Below are positions 26,386 through 39,884 of a stretch of DNA of 64,000 bases, piece by piece. Each line of letters starts with the position of its first letter. Position 1 is the stretch's first letter. Location of the stretch: assembly GCF_018977255.1 (NCBI RefSeq), contig NW_024704743.1, positions 57,910,001 through 57,974,000 of the forward strand, read 5' to 3'. The position numbers were made by a program, and so were the translations under genes. The stretch is from Callorhinchus milii (Eukaryota). The notes beneath the pieces were generated by a model. The model saw nothing but the letters and a program-made list of their open reading frames with translations, was not told where the DNA came from and did no database searches.

Positions 26386-28099
26386 GATGTAGGTTACTTT
26401 TAAAAGCTTTAAATACAGTGTTCAAAATATGATGGGCAAATTCCTTCCTGCCAATTTTAAGGAGAATCTTCTACACAACTTCAGATTTCAGATCGCCAAC
26501 TTTAGTCAGACAATACAACACATTGTACAATATTGCAGAATGTACCAGAGTATTGTCTTAAATAGTAAACCCTGCTCAAAACAGCTATTAAGTGGCATGC
26601 GATATTTTATTGTATTGGCTATTTTAAAAAGAAGTTGGTTAAAAAGGTGAGGTATAAAATACATCTCTGCAGCATCCAGTATCAGTGTTTCATATTAGTA
26701 AGATATCTCAACCCAATCAGAATTATGAAATTATCTTAAAGCATCAGCCCACAAACCAGACCTTCATTTTACTATCACAAAGAATAAGGCACAGTTACAA
26801 AAAACTGATGAAAAACTAAAAAACAAAAATATGGAAAATGCAGATAAAGCACAGTAGGTCAAACACTAATCAGCCAGCTCAGCAATTCCAGTGGAGATGC
26901 TGACACTCACTACATTTAACCTGCAGATACAATTCTCATATCAATGCCATGCCAAATGTTCATGCAGTTCACAATGGAAGCACATGCACATAGAGAATCT
27001 GGTACTTAGAACTGGCATAACTGCAAAGTAAATACAACAACTGGAGGAGTGGCCCAACTGTCAGTACATCAACTTTTGTCCCTCGTCCTTGTCAATCTCC
27101 ATTGGTTTCCAGTGCTTCATGTGATCAGTTTGAGATTCCTGACCTGTCCTTGAAATCTTTCTGTGGGCAAACCCTCACTCTGCCTACGCAATCGCTCCAG
27201 GCCTACATTCCTACCCTTACCCTCCACTCTTAATAAACATAGCCTCCTACTTGTTCCCCACTTCCTTTGCTCCATCACTGAATCCATCCACCAAACTGAC
27301 CACTGCAGTCATTCAATAAGAGATAAGCCAGACAACTGTTAATTGGCGACACGTCCCTTTTTATAATTTGTGCCCCATTTTTCCAACAGGATGGAGCAAG
27401 TCGCAGCCAAAAACATTGCTGCACTTATTTATTACTTTATTTATTTTTGTGTGTGGGTGGGAAGTGAAACGACTTTTCTTTTGTTTCAAGGGTAAATATT
27501 TTTGGATGGGGTTTGTGCCGACACATGCCAGATGCTAAAGCAACTTTAGCTGGCACAATGTGAGGCCCATCTGACACATCTCACTTCTAGAAACTCACCA
27601 AAGAGCTGGTTTCAATTGTCGGCTTTTATGTTTTTTGATTTGCACCCTTTACAATGGCAAACAACAGCTAAACCATGTTGTCTATGTGTCCCAGTGAGGA
27701 AACTGATTTTATGTGTAAGGAATTGCGGTGAAATATGGCTAATTGTAGTTGGAAATGCCCTGAAGCCTATACATATTGTGTAAGTTAAAAGTACAGATAT
27801 ACTCCCATAAAAAAACAATATTTAACTGCAGCCAAATATATCTTGTTATATTAAATAGTTATTAATTCACAGCTATTCAGTGTAAGAATTGTAAACCTAA
27901 TGACTTAGTTGAAAACCCAATCATCTATGTATTAAGTAAATACTGTATGTGAAAGCCTGCAACAAGAAAAAAACATAATCAAGCTCGCTGCTACAATTTA
28001 CACAATCACTGACTTTACCTTGTTGAAATATCTCCCACAGTAAAGTTCTGTATAAATGTTTCCTGATCTACAATGATTTTATACAACCTGCCACTAGAT

Positions 28100-28362
28100 A
28101 ACACTATCTTATCTCCTCTCCCCAGACAACACTCCTCTCCCCAACCTGTCCTGGAGTCACCATGCCCTGACACTCTGGAACTCTCTGCTTTAATCCCTCT
28201 GCCTTTCCCTGCCCATCTTCAGATCGCACCTAAAGACCTTCCTCTTCGACCGTGTATACAGTCACCTCCCCTCTCTCCTTGCTTCGTCAAGCACCACTAT
28301 TTTGAGCGTACTGAGATGTTGCCCCACATGAAGAGCTCTATATAAATGCAAGTTATTGTTGC
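28100..28362 (+). mobile_element. L2 3' fragment
   Basis: ctctggaactctct...aagaccttcctcttcgaccgtg...gctctatataaatgcaagttattgttg. Confidence 0.75.
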
Positions 28363-28489
28363 TGTCCTGAATGAAGGACTTCACTTTCAACAAAGTAGCA
28401 TCTCCTCAAGACTGCTTTGGAATAATAATCCTTCCATTTGATATGCAAGACTTATTACTAAAAAAGAAAATTTAGAAGGTACTGCGCTT

Positions 28490-28630
28490 CACGTAGATTA
28501 GCGAGATTGTGGAACTCTCCATCTGAAGCAATGGTTGAATCAGATAGCATAGATGCATTCAAGAGGAACCCAGACATTCACATGAGGGAGAGGGGACTGG
28601 AAGGGTATGAGAGGGTGAAGGAATGGGTGA
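28490..28630 (+). mobile_element. CR1 3'-end fragment
   Basis: WNSPSEAMVESDSIDAFKR..D.HM...GLEGY. Confidence 0.65.
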
Positions 28631-28724
28631 AACACTTGTACAGAGTAAAAACATCGGCGTGGTGTTGTTGTTGTCTATTTCCGTGCTGGAGTGTTTGTTT
28701 GTAAACTCGAAATGTATTTGTTTA

Positions 28725-29035
28725 CGAACTTGGCAGCCAACTGCGCACAGTAATGTCCCAGAAACAGCTGTGAAACAAATGATTTTTATTTGGGCTGGCC
28801 AGGATACTGTGAGAAACTCACTTCTCTTTTTGAAAAGTGCCATGAAATCTTTAGCATCCATCTGACAAGCAATTTAACACCTTAGCCGAAGGACAGCACT
28901 TCCGACCATGCAACACACTGCCTGTCTGTCAGACTATCAGCATCAATCATGTGAGCTCAAGTCCCGATATGGGGCTTGAACCCACAACCCTCTGAATTAA
29001 GAGGCGAGAGTGCTACAAGCTGAGCAAGGCTGACC
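28725..29035 (-). mobile_element. Older Deu-type SINE
   Basis: Reverse complement of the 31422-31712 family, including the tRNA-like head. Confidence 0.78.
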
Positions 29036-31421
29036 CACAATATAACAATATAATTTACGATGATGATAATGACGACTTCCAGCCAAAAGTGCTGACTCTA
29101 GTTACTGTCTTTAATCTGTAACCAACTATAGGAAAAGGCAAGCTATTTTTATTTTCACTCCCTGGTAGTGGACCAATGTAACCCAACGCTGCATCATACA
29201 ACTGCTTTACTGGTGAGGGGCAGGGTAAATAAAATATGCAACTGCTCCATTGAAATGTTTAAATGTGTTGGTTTAGAAAAGTGTTACTTCTTTAAATTAT
29301 TGGTCACTTTATTGCTTCCTTTTTGTATGACTAATCAGCTGTATTGTTATGTTCTTATTGATCTAGATAAGTTCAGTTCTGTTGCCATATTGGAACTGGT
29401 ATCTAGAAGTGCTCTACAGATATTGGGATTGGAATTATTCATTGTCTAGATTTGCAAATGGTGACTTCTACAGGTACTGAATGTGAGGGATGGATCAGTC
29501 TCCTCAATCCCAACCCATGAATGTATCTTTCATGGAAATTCAATCCATTATGTATCACAAATGAACAATCCATTAATCAAATATAGGGTGAGTCACTCTG
29601 ACTTAGTCTAATAGGCTGTTAGAACTTATTACACTGACGTTGATCCCCCTTAAATAAAATGTGAGATTTTACTAGTTCATTCTCCTCAAAGGTGTTTCTA
29701 GATATGTTAACCCCAAGCATCTGGAACAAATAAACAAGTCGGGAAAGAATATTAAATTTGAGAACACTATCTCTACCAAGCAGAGAAAGGTAAAAAGGGA
29801 AGAAAAGACCAATTGGTCATGTCCTTTCAGATGTCTTTGAGAATAGGGGAGGGAAGAAAGAGAGAAAAGATAGAGGGGAACCTCAATGACCAAGGCAAGA
29901 TGTAAGTGAGTAACAGGCAACTTTGTCAAGTAACTTTCAACAATTCAAATAAAGGAAAAAGTTACCATTAGTTACCATTGCTTAGGGAAGTTGCGAGAAC
30001 ATCAAAACAATCCATTTGGTAAGGCATCCCCCAATCTAATAGGCTTCAGCACAACTTTCAGACTTTAACGGTCCACTCTCTCAAAATCCTGCTCTACCTC
30101 AAGGGAGAGATCCAATTTGGTCTCATGACAGGATCACATTTTGTGAATCATATTGAAAGCCCCATTGGAGACTATCAAAAGACTGCCTCTCACAAATGAA
30201 AAGCGTCTGGTTTGTGTGATTCAACTTGGGAATTAAATTAGTCAAATAATTGGCTAGAATTTGAGATATAATGTAATAGTTTAATAGGTATTGGCTGTGA
30301 GATGACATACTACAGGTCATCTTTGTTCTTCTTCAGAATAAGAGAGATAGATGCATCTCTCCAGGAATTTGGTATGGAGCTCATTTCATTGATATGATGG
30401 ATGACTTTTATGTCCATCCTTTAAGAAGCCAGTATTATTTTGGATAGAAGTTTGTAACAAGTTAAAGCTCATAACAATTATAGAAATTCAGAAACCGATT
30501 GTGCATTACCCTAGACAGAAGATGTCCATTGCAAAAGCTGTACTCTTGTATGATTGAAAATAAGGATACCCATCAATTCATCATCTCTAGCCAGGGCCTA
30601 CTCCCCAGCCAGCTACTAAACCGCTCCAGTTTCCAAAACCCAAAATAATGATTTTGAAGTAGAAACAGTAATATAATTCAGTTCTTATATCACAGTCATT
30701 CAGAATGTAATGGAGAAGAAACACTTCTTCGCATATTTTAACAGATTGCGGTTTCGGCCCATCTGTTTGGTCTTGGCTGCTGCCACACAACAGATGGAGC
30801 AGTTATCACGAAAAACACTGACAACTCCAGTACTGCCAACATTGGGCTAATTTTAGGATTGAGTATATCTCACTGAAAATAATCAAATAGGTCATTAAGA
30901 TGGAAAAAAAAGCGGCTGCACTAAACTGCCACTTCACACCAAAATTTCACTGCACCACTGAACAATCATTGAAATACAGACAAATATCTGAGTCAAATAC
31001 AGTTCTAAACCACATACCAATCTTTTGTGGATCTCTACTAATAAGATGATTTCAATTATATATGGCCAATCTCTATCATCGACAGGATTTCATATTTAGC
31101 ACAAGCTTCAGCTTTCACTGGCCCAGTGATAGCATCCACTTCACACTTCTGTAGGTTATGGTGTCAATCTGAACACTCCAGCTGAACTACAATACACACA
31201 ATGAGTTTTGTTACATGTATACTTGAGTGAATGGTTTGTGAGCTGTGATATTATACATCTGTGATGACATTTTTGCCAAGCGCATTTTAAGATTTCAGCA
31301 CAAGTCACTTGGGTGTGGCAAATAAATGAGGCTCATTCCAATATAAGGCAAATATATTTCATCTCACTGCCTAACAATCCCAAAGGATCTAATGGTCATA
31401 GCACAATATTGGAATAGTTGT

Positions 31422-31712
31422 GTCAGCCTGGCTCAGTGGGTAGCACTCTCACCTCCAACTCAAAAGGTTGTGGGCTCAAGCCCCACATCTAGACTTGAAC
31501 TCACATAGTCTAGCAGTTCTAAAACTATGTTGTATCATTAGAGATGCCATCCTTCGGATGAGACGTTAAACCAAGATCCCGTACGCCTATTCAGGGGAAT
31601 GTGAATGATCTCATGGCACTAATAAAAAGAGAAGGGATTTTCTCTTGATGCCCTGTCCAACAATCCCCCAAATAAAAATTGGTCATTCACTTCATGACTG
31701 TTTGTGGGACTG
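31422..31712 (+). mobile_element. Older tRNA-headed SINE with Deu-like central domain
   Basis: A box tggctcagtgg; gccatccttcggatgagacgttaaaccaag...gatctcatggcacta resembles the DeuSINE domain as recalled. Confidence 0.8.
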
Positions 31713-31716
31713 TAAT

Positions 31717-32311
31717 CAGGGTCTCTTTGGAGCTGAACTGGCTACAAGGTGACATGCCTAGCAAAGGAATGTCAGAATCGACCCCAGCCCTCTGTGGCAG
31801 TTTTGGTAGTCTGGCTTCTGAGTCAAGCGGCTCTGCAGTAGTCCAGGGCACTGCTGGTGACAGCACAGCCAACGTGGCTAATCGGCAGGACATGGAAGGG
31901 CAGACCAGTCACGAGGGGCAGGGAGTCATCCCACTCAGCTCCTTTTAACCCTGCAAGCCAAAGCCCAACAGGTAGGGTGGTCCTAGCTGGCAAGTAGCGG
32001 GAAAGTTTCCCAGACAGCAATATCAAAGGTAAGCCTAGTGGTTTTAGCTGGTTAGACTCCAGCAATGCCCCAACGCACACTCTGGGGTCCCCAAGCCTTG
32101 GCTCTTGCCAACCTGTGCCTAACACTTTCCAGAATTAGGTAAGCAGAATGCGTCCCTCCAGGGAGAGAGAGCGCATTCCATTCCAACAATCTATATCTGG
32201 GATTTCCATGTGTGGGTGGGATGTATGGAATTCTCAGCTTAGTTTGGATACTCTTAAGCACGGTGATGGGTTTCCGCATGTGTCAGACACCCGGCTGACC
32301 AACCAAAAAAT
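31717..32311 (+). mobile_element. Unclassified ~590-nt hairpin-rich, A-tailed dispersed element (best-preserved copy)
   Basis: Aligns by eye to 19665-20052, 39328-39880, 40645-40830 and 50945-51785; shared 5' start; terminal stem-loop followed by an A-run. Confidence 0.8.
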
Positions 32312-33374
32312 TGTGGAGAAGACAAGCCAATGGTGTCCATAAAGCTTGAATCTTTTAAATGCATGATAGGAACCAAGGATTTTTGATTTTGACTAATCAA
32401 GGAACGAGAGAGTCCAATCAAGAAAAGTAGATATTGCCCGGACAGTGCATTTTTGTGGATTTGGGGAGGAAGATATAAACACACAGGTTGGAAAAAGAAT
32501 GAGAGTGCAAGACTTGATGGACTGAATAACCTTCTCCTGTTTCTAAGCAGTGCTAGGAAGAAAGAAATTAGCAATAATATGAGATATAATGGTTTGGTGT
32601 TCTGCAGTGCTGTAGCAAAGGACAGATGGAAAAAACATTTATTTTAATCTCAGCTACAATAATCAAATCCTTGTGTCTCACAGGTTGGACTGAAAAGAAT
32701 TAAGGGCTAGAAGTTCAAAAGAGCGTAGGTTAGAATGAATGAGAAGGTTGAAGAAATTCAGATGTCTTATGTTGCTATGTAAGTTCTCAATGAAACGATC
32801 ATTGAAAAAATGCTGGGGTGGGAGAAGAGTTGGAATGAGGTGAAAACCAAAGGAGCGTCAAAAATTACCACAAAACATGTCTCATTAGTAATACTGACAG
32901 TACAGCTAAAAACAAATGCATAAAGGGCACATGTTACATAACTGACCTTATTTGATTGCTGACACCATAAAAAATCTTGAAAAACTGTTCCTGGGCTAAG
33001 TCACAGACTTTCTATTCATGATCCACTGTCATTTCAACAATAGTTAAGTTATTTAAACTTCAAAAGCAGTGTGTGACGTTTCCCCAGTAACATTTTGTGC
33101 AGTTATCAAAAACTGACATACAGGTCAAACTGAAAGAGCTATTTTATTCTAAGCATAAATATGCTGATCTGTCTTAAGTGCTACCAACTCTTGTTCTGCT
33201 GCTCCAATCAAGATCTCCTGGTCTTCAGTGTTGGATAGACTCCAGCATACAATTGGATATTTTCATCAATTGTGTGCCCCACTTGGCTTAGGAACTGGAC
33301 TATCGAGATCACAACACAGGATTGATTTGATTCCAGTATTCCATTGTCAAGAACTGATAAGAGATTGGCCTCAG

Positions 33375-33510
33375 GCAAAATACTGGAGATGCTGGAAATC
33401 TGAAATAAAAACAGAAGATGCTGGGAACACTTAGCAGATCAGGCAGCATCTTTGGAGAGAGGAAAGTGAGTTAACGTTTCAGGTCAATGACCTTTCATCA
33501 GAACTGTTCT
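33375..33510 (-). mobile_element. Short Penelope-like element terminal fragment carrying the hammerhead motif
   Basis: Contains the hammerhead core; a related degenerate copy lies at ~59540-59645; resembles a repeat I recall as common in chondrichthyan genomes. Confidence 0.6.
33469..33505 (-). ncRNA. Minimal type I hammerhead ribozyme motif (Penelope-like element type)
   Basis: Minus strand reads AGUU-CUGAUGA-A-AGGUC(AUU)GACCU-GAAAC-GUU-AACU: both core boxes, 5-bp stem II, 4-bp stem I, palindromic loopless stem III. Confidence 0.72.
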
Positions 33511-33956
33511 ATCTGGAACATCTGAAAACTGTGTTACTTGATCTGCCAGGTCGTTGAAGTAGTCTTACATTCTTTCCTGAGCAACACATGTGTAGCCGTT
33601 GTAATAAGACAACTGTCCATTAGTCCTCCAAAGGTGTAGTGTATTCCATTATGCAACTCAGCAAAAAAGCTGAAATGGAGCTTCTCAGTGGGTCAGGGAA
33701 CCATACTCATAAAAAAACTCTAGAAGACAAATACTATGGGTCTAAATTAGAGGTTGATATTGAATGAATAACTTAATATATGTAACAAAGTTGCCAACAA
33801 TACAATATTCTGACATATTGCAAGTTATATACAAAAGGTCTTCTCTTTAATTTCAGACATCTGGTTATGTCTGTAATAAAGTGTCTAGATTTGGAAGCCT
33901 TAATCTAATGAAAGCAATGATTTACTTCCAAGAAGCTCAATCAGTGATAAGTGCTA

Positions 33957-34310
33957 ACATAATTCAATAAATGTACCCCAAGAGTGTTCATCAAGCCTAC
34001 CATTGCATATGGCTTATTAGAAACCACACAGTGAAGAACTGAATACTCTGCTTGAGTACTTCAATATTTTTCTGCTTCATAATTCTATATTAATTATGTA
34101 TTATAAAAGGGTACAATGTAAAGCTGGATCGTTCAACATAATTTAATACATGAACCCCAAGTGTATTCATCAAGTCTACCACCACATTCAACTTATATTA
34201 GAAACCAGACTGAAGAATTAAGTAGTCTGCTTCAATATTTTTCTGCATTATAATTCTAATTTTGAATAGGAGTATATTATAAATAGGTGTATAACACAAA
34301 GCATGATGGT
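33957..34310. repeat. Diverged ~180-bp tandem duplication
   Basis: ccccaag.gt.ttcatcaag.ctacca, tattagaaacca and ttcaatatttttctgc each occur twice, about 180 bp apart. Confidence 0.85.
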
Positions 34311-35942
34311 CCAGATAATGTTATAGTGAAATCTACCCATTACAAATCTACAGGAAATGTCAAAGCACATTTGTATAAAGGTTTATGCTTGTTTAATGTC
34401 TTAAAATGGTACTTCCGCAGAACGAGCAAAGTGATTAGAACAGGATTAAACGTGTCTAATTTTCCAAGTAGAGCAATCATTTCCTAAAGGTATGGAAGTC
34501 CTCACTGTTCAAACTGACTGCTTAACAGAGCCGCCTAAAGATCACTTACATTCTCATACGCTAAATCTGGAACCCTAAAATCATATTTGATCACATTAGG
34601 TGCAACCAACTGATTTCTAAAACATCTTACACCAAATCAACCTCAAGGCAATTTAAGGTGCTCTAAGACCTCTTTCCTAAGTAAGGCAATACTGCTTATG
34701 CTTACTGGTTATGGGTAGATTATGAGATCATGGGTTCAATGCCAACATTAGCACTTGAGCTCCTGATCTACGTGACATTCCACTGCACTACTGAGTGGAG
34801 GAATGTTGCATTGATATAAGTGAAGTTCTTCAGATGAAACATTAATCCAAGGTCCCATGTGACTATAGTTCAGGTCAATTTAACAATCCCAAGATGCGAT
34901 TCGAAAAGAGAAGAGTTTTTCAGTTAGCAATCTTCAGATAATTTGTCCATTCACCTCACAGTTATTTGTGGGAACTTGCTGTGCACAAAATGGCTGCTGT
35001 GATACCTACAGAAACAGTTTCGACACCTGAAAGGAATTCAATGCAATGGATTGTTACAAAATAGTATTAATTAGATTAATTTCAAACTGTTCATCACATG
35101 GTTTTCACATTGTGCAATATATAATTAAAAATCTCAAAATATTGTATTGATTAAGCAATTGCATTAAATTTAAAAAATGCTAACTGGTATACCATATCAA
35201 TCAAGCTTGAAGGGTTAGTGTGGATATAAAACTCATTCGAACTTATTTGTGAGCCCCTTGTTGTTTTAATGAAAGTAAAATGCAACAGGGAAACAAGATG
35301 ACTGTTCTCTAAGGAAAGGAAAGGGTAGGATATCTCTAACTCGTCAGCCAAAAGTTTTCTTTTCGGAAGACTCTCACAAATTATATGCGTATAACTTTTT
35401 GTGGAATGATTTTTGAATTTAATATAGAAAAACACACTCAGAAAAATGTTTCTACCCTGAAGGCAGGTCATGGGAAGACCTTATACTTGCCTTTTTCTGC
35501 ATCCCAGTACTTTAATTAGAGCTCAGCAGTGAAATCCATAAAGTTGATTTGAATTAAATCCCTCGTTTACAATGCTCGTACTCAGAGGCACACCTAAATA
35601 TAATTTTTCCCTTGTGGGCAGGCAAATGCTAACATACATGTGGATGCAGAATGGGAAGGTAGGATTAGAAATAACTGCATTCTAGTTACATCAGATCCAA
35701 ATATGGAGGATGCTGGAGAGATAATTAAGTAGCTAATCTTCTGACTATTTGTACTATCCTGCCTCTAAATTGGTCCTTAAATGAAACGCAAGGGGTAATT
35801 GATAGCAGATACCAATTCTATTGGCATTGGAATTATGCAGAAAAACAATCCACTCTCATCTCTGATACACGAGGTGAGAAGCCAATGGACTCTACTATCA
35901 TTTAAAATGTCTACCATAAAAACTAGCACCCTTCAGGTTCAG

Positions 35943-36252
35943 TGGTGTCCGGTAACTCAGTGGTTAGAGCACTCGCCTCACAAGCAAGAAATCTGGGTTC
36001 AATTCCCGGTAGGGCAAAATCTTGGCCTAGTTTCCTTACTTCACAAGCCTGATAATAATCCCTCAAGAAAAAAAAATATTTTGTCACTCAATCCACGACT
36101 GTCTGTGGGACACTGCCATGCACAACTGGCTGCCATGTTTCACCCACAAATACAGTCAATTCACTTTACAGTATATTCTGTGAAGCGCTTTGAGATATCT
36201 CGAAGACATGAAAAGAAGCTATATCAAATGTGAGGATTATTATTATTATTAT
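35943..36252 (+). mobile_element. tRNA-derived SINE (younger family, L2-type tail)
   Basis: A box taactcagtgg, B box ggttcaattcc; tail gtgaagcgctttgaga...gctatatcaaatg..ggattattattattatt. Confidence 0.9.
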
Positions 36253-36849
36253 GATTAAATTAACCTAACTCTTGAGTTGGATTTTCTTTTGCCTGCAGGA
36301 AATCCAACGATAATGAAAAGCCATCAAGTCATATTGAATAGGCCTCACAATGTACTGTGTTTGAATCAAAGTTAATCCTTAAGTATCTTGTACACAGAAC
36401 ATCATTTCCTGCCAGCGGAATCTAGAGTTCCTGTGTCTGTGTAACAGCAGTGTATGCAATTTTCCTGTTGTCCTTCAGGACTCTGGAACCACCAGGTATT
36501 GCAATATAACAGCAGTATGTTGTACTACATCATATAGTGCACACAACAGATGCATAAAAGTGGCTTTTAAATGCATTGCATGCCATATTACAGCACCGTG
36601 CACACCAAGAACCACCAGATCCAACCCCTGTTGAGTTAATTACCCTTAGATCGCATCATTGTATGCCAAATCAGTTACCAGTTTCAACTGAAGAATGCCA
36701 ATTTGCATTATTGCCCATAAACCTATAATCCAACTGGTATCATCTTTGGGAAACATTTTAAAGAGAACTAATACATTTTCAGATAAAAATAATAGAAATG
36801 CTATCAGTAACAAAAATAGAAAGGATATTCATCTCTGAATAAAAACTCA

Positions 36850-37405
36850 ACAGTTCCTCACTTTCACCTCCAGTCTTGCTCCTCCCTACCTCTGCGACGT
36901 TACAAACCTTCCCGCTCCTGTTGTTCTGCGGGCAATGGTTTGTTCTATGTCCCCTGCCCGCCCCACCATCGGTGGTCGGGCCTTCAGCTTTTCTGATCCC
37001 AACCTTTGGAACTCCGTTCCAGAATCCCTTGCCTCCTTCAAGCTCTGTCTCAAGACCTTCCTCTTCGACTTTACTTTCAGTCATCGTCCTGGCACCTCCC
37101 TACCACTCCGGCCTGCTTACCCCCCACCCGCAACATGCTGTGTCCGCTCAACTGGCTTCGGCCTTCTGTATGTCCCTCATGACTTCCATTCAATCAATAG
37201 TGGACACGCTTTCAGCCACTACACCCCGAAACTCTGGAACACTCTTCTTCTATCCCTCCGCCTTGCTCCTTCCTTTCCTATCTTCACATCATGTCTGAAG
37301 GTCTTCCTATTCAACCGTGCCTATGGTCACCTCCCCCTACCATCGGCGTGCTCCGCCACTGTCAAGCGCTCTGGGGCTCTACCCTGCATAAGGGGTGCTA
37401 TTTAA
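36850..37405 (+). mobile_element. Two tandem L2 3' segments
   Basis: GGRAFSFSDPNLWNSVPE...FKLCLKTFLF followed by GHAFSHYTPKLWNTL...LKVFLF; L2 tail aagcgctctgggg...gggtgctatttaaa. Confidence 0.85.
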
Positions 37406-39327
37406 AAGTATATATATAGCTCCCATTGCTGCAGCAGTTCCCTTTTAGAAATGGTCTGTGAAAAAATACATCATTGTCTAATATTTGCAGGATCAAATCC
37501 AATATATCGGCTAACATTTGTGCATAAATAAGAGGTACAAGTTTTATCAATTCATTGATGGTCATTGCTTCAAGCACACAATAGATTATTATTCTCTTTC
37601 ACAATGAAACATGAAAAAAATTACTGGAATGATTCAAAAGAATACTGACATTTGTGCAGGTTTCAAGTAGAAGAATATATTACTTAATTCACTTAAGGGA
37701 CAGTAGGGAGGCAAAATATGCTCTCTCCTCCACCACATCACTCCAATTTCAGAAAGCACCCACACTTCTGAAATACAACATACTTGTAGCTATCTTATGT
37801 TGACCTGTAAGACAAAACGTCACCATTTGTGAATAACTTTGTAGAATAGTTGAGATTCACAAATTCTTATAATTCGGTTAATGTTTCACCATGTATCAGA
37901 AAATAAATTACCTCAAACAAACCATGATCTTACTGAAAGGTATGAATATATAAATAATAAAAATAATAAATAAAATACATCCTTCTGAATCCCACACAAT
38001 TCAAATTCAAACCTTGTGATACTATTTTTTTTAAATCTTTATATTCAGCATAAAAATTAGGGAACAGAAAAGGAGCAGACAGTCCAAGTCAGCTAAAGCA
38101 AATGTTCAAAAAATCAAGGCCATATATATATGTCTTGTAATAATAATGAGAGGTGAGAAAACAGGGGGAAAGGACAATATTGACATAATTGTAGACCAAA
38201 TGTGTTTTGTTCTTTATTGAAATGGGTTGGTTTTGACGTTCAAGATAAAAATTTAATTACTACATGAAACTGACTATAGATTTTTGGTCCACTTTTTCAG
38301 CAATTCAAAAGAACAATTTAGAGCTATATATAAATACAACATCCCCATGGTTTTCACAGCAACCAATCAAAGCAATAAACATATAATCATGACCATCCTT
38401 TATTTCCACTCATTACTGAATGGCAATTTGTAACTCCTTCTAAATTTTTCACTTGCCAGTTTCATGTAGCATCTTAGCAGAATTCTGTAATTCTTAAAGC
38501 ACTATTCATATTCAATTTCTTGCAGATTGATGGGAATATATCTGAACTAAAACTGTTTGTCTGTGCACTTGATATGTCTTGCAGAAGCAATCTCAAAAGG
38601 AAAAAGAAACAAAATAACCTTAACTTGAAATTAAAATTCAGGCTGGGAGCTGAGCTCCCTAAATCAATCCTGCCAGAAACAGTTTCTGCAAGTTAGTGTG
38701 ATGTATTTTCCCATTACTTAATTAAAGAATGCAATTTGAAACCGCCAAGTTTCAGATCCCACTGAGCAAATATTGGAAACGTTCTGATTTAAGACTTTTA
38801 ATTTCAAGTTAAAGTTATTTTGCTTCTTTTTTTCTTTTGAGGTTGCTTCTGCAAGACATACCAAGTGGGCAGTTAAACAACCTGCTCCTAAGCCTCTATC
38901 TTTACTGTTCATCCACTGGTCACAAGAGTAAGCCAGTGCAAGTTGCTCTTTGATCCTCCTTTGTCTTGAGGTTGAAACAACTAACTTCCATTTAGGACCT
39001 TCCCATCCCAGAGGTATAGCCAAGATGAAACTGCTTCACGTGCCACCAAATGTCCGAACTACCAGTCAATCAATATTATGCAGTGATATTGGAAACTACT
39101 AACAAGTTAATCTTTCCATTTGCAAAACATCCATTGCCAATTTTATACTGTATGTTTAGCACCACCATCCCACCACATTTTGTGCTGCACCAGTACCAAG
39201 AATACATTGCCGTCTGCTTTCAAAAGTTTTCAAAAAGCACTCTGGCACAACACACACCTAGATTATATATCACAAACACTGAACAGACACTGTGATATAA
39301 CTACAACGGACAATACACATAGTACAC

Positions 39328-39880
39328 TGTGGTCCTTTGGGAGCCAAGCCGGTGATATGTTTGGCAATAGAATATTGGAAATGAATCAACCCTCTAGCGG
39401 ACTCGGTAATTCAGATCCTGAGCTGCGGGGCTGCAATGTTCAAGGACACTGTTGATGACATAGCAGCCAGTCTGGCGCATCAGCAGAACTAGGAGGGACA
39501 GACCAGTCGATGGAGGAGGAATTGTTCCCATTCAGCTCCTGCTGACCCTGCAAGCCAGAGCCCAAACAGATAGGGTGGTCCTAGCAGCAGAAAGCTTCCC
39601 AGACAGTGCTCACAAAGGCAAAGCTGTATGGTTTTAGCTGGTTAAATGGCAGCAGTACCCCAACACATAATCTAGGGTCCCCAAGTATTGGCTTTTGCCA
39701 ACCTACATTAAATGTTTTCCAGAATTAAGTAAACTGGGTGCATCCCTGCAGACTGAGCACCTTCTATTACTGACACAGGGAAATTCCATGTGTGAGTGGC
39801 ACATATGTGGAACTCTGGTTTGGATATTTTGAAAGCATGCTGATTGATTTCCACATATATCAGAAACCCTACTAACCAAA
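39328..39880 (+). mobile_element. Unclassified structured element, full-length copy
   Basis: accctgcaagccagagcccaaacagatagggtggtcctagc, ggttttagctggtta and ttccagaattaagtaa shared with 31717-32311. Confidence 0.8.
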
Positions 39881-39884
39881 GGAC

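Noticed and set aside
32147..32161. TGCGTCCCTCC resemblance to 7SK RNA, and GGAAAG resemblance to RNase P/MRP cores, in the structured element
   Set aside because: Only short word matches; no flanking similarity that I can recognise; not conserved among the copies
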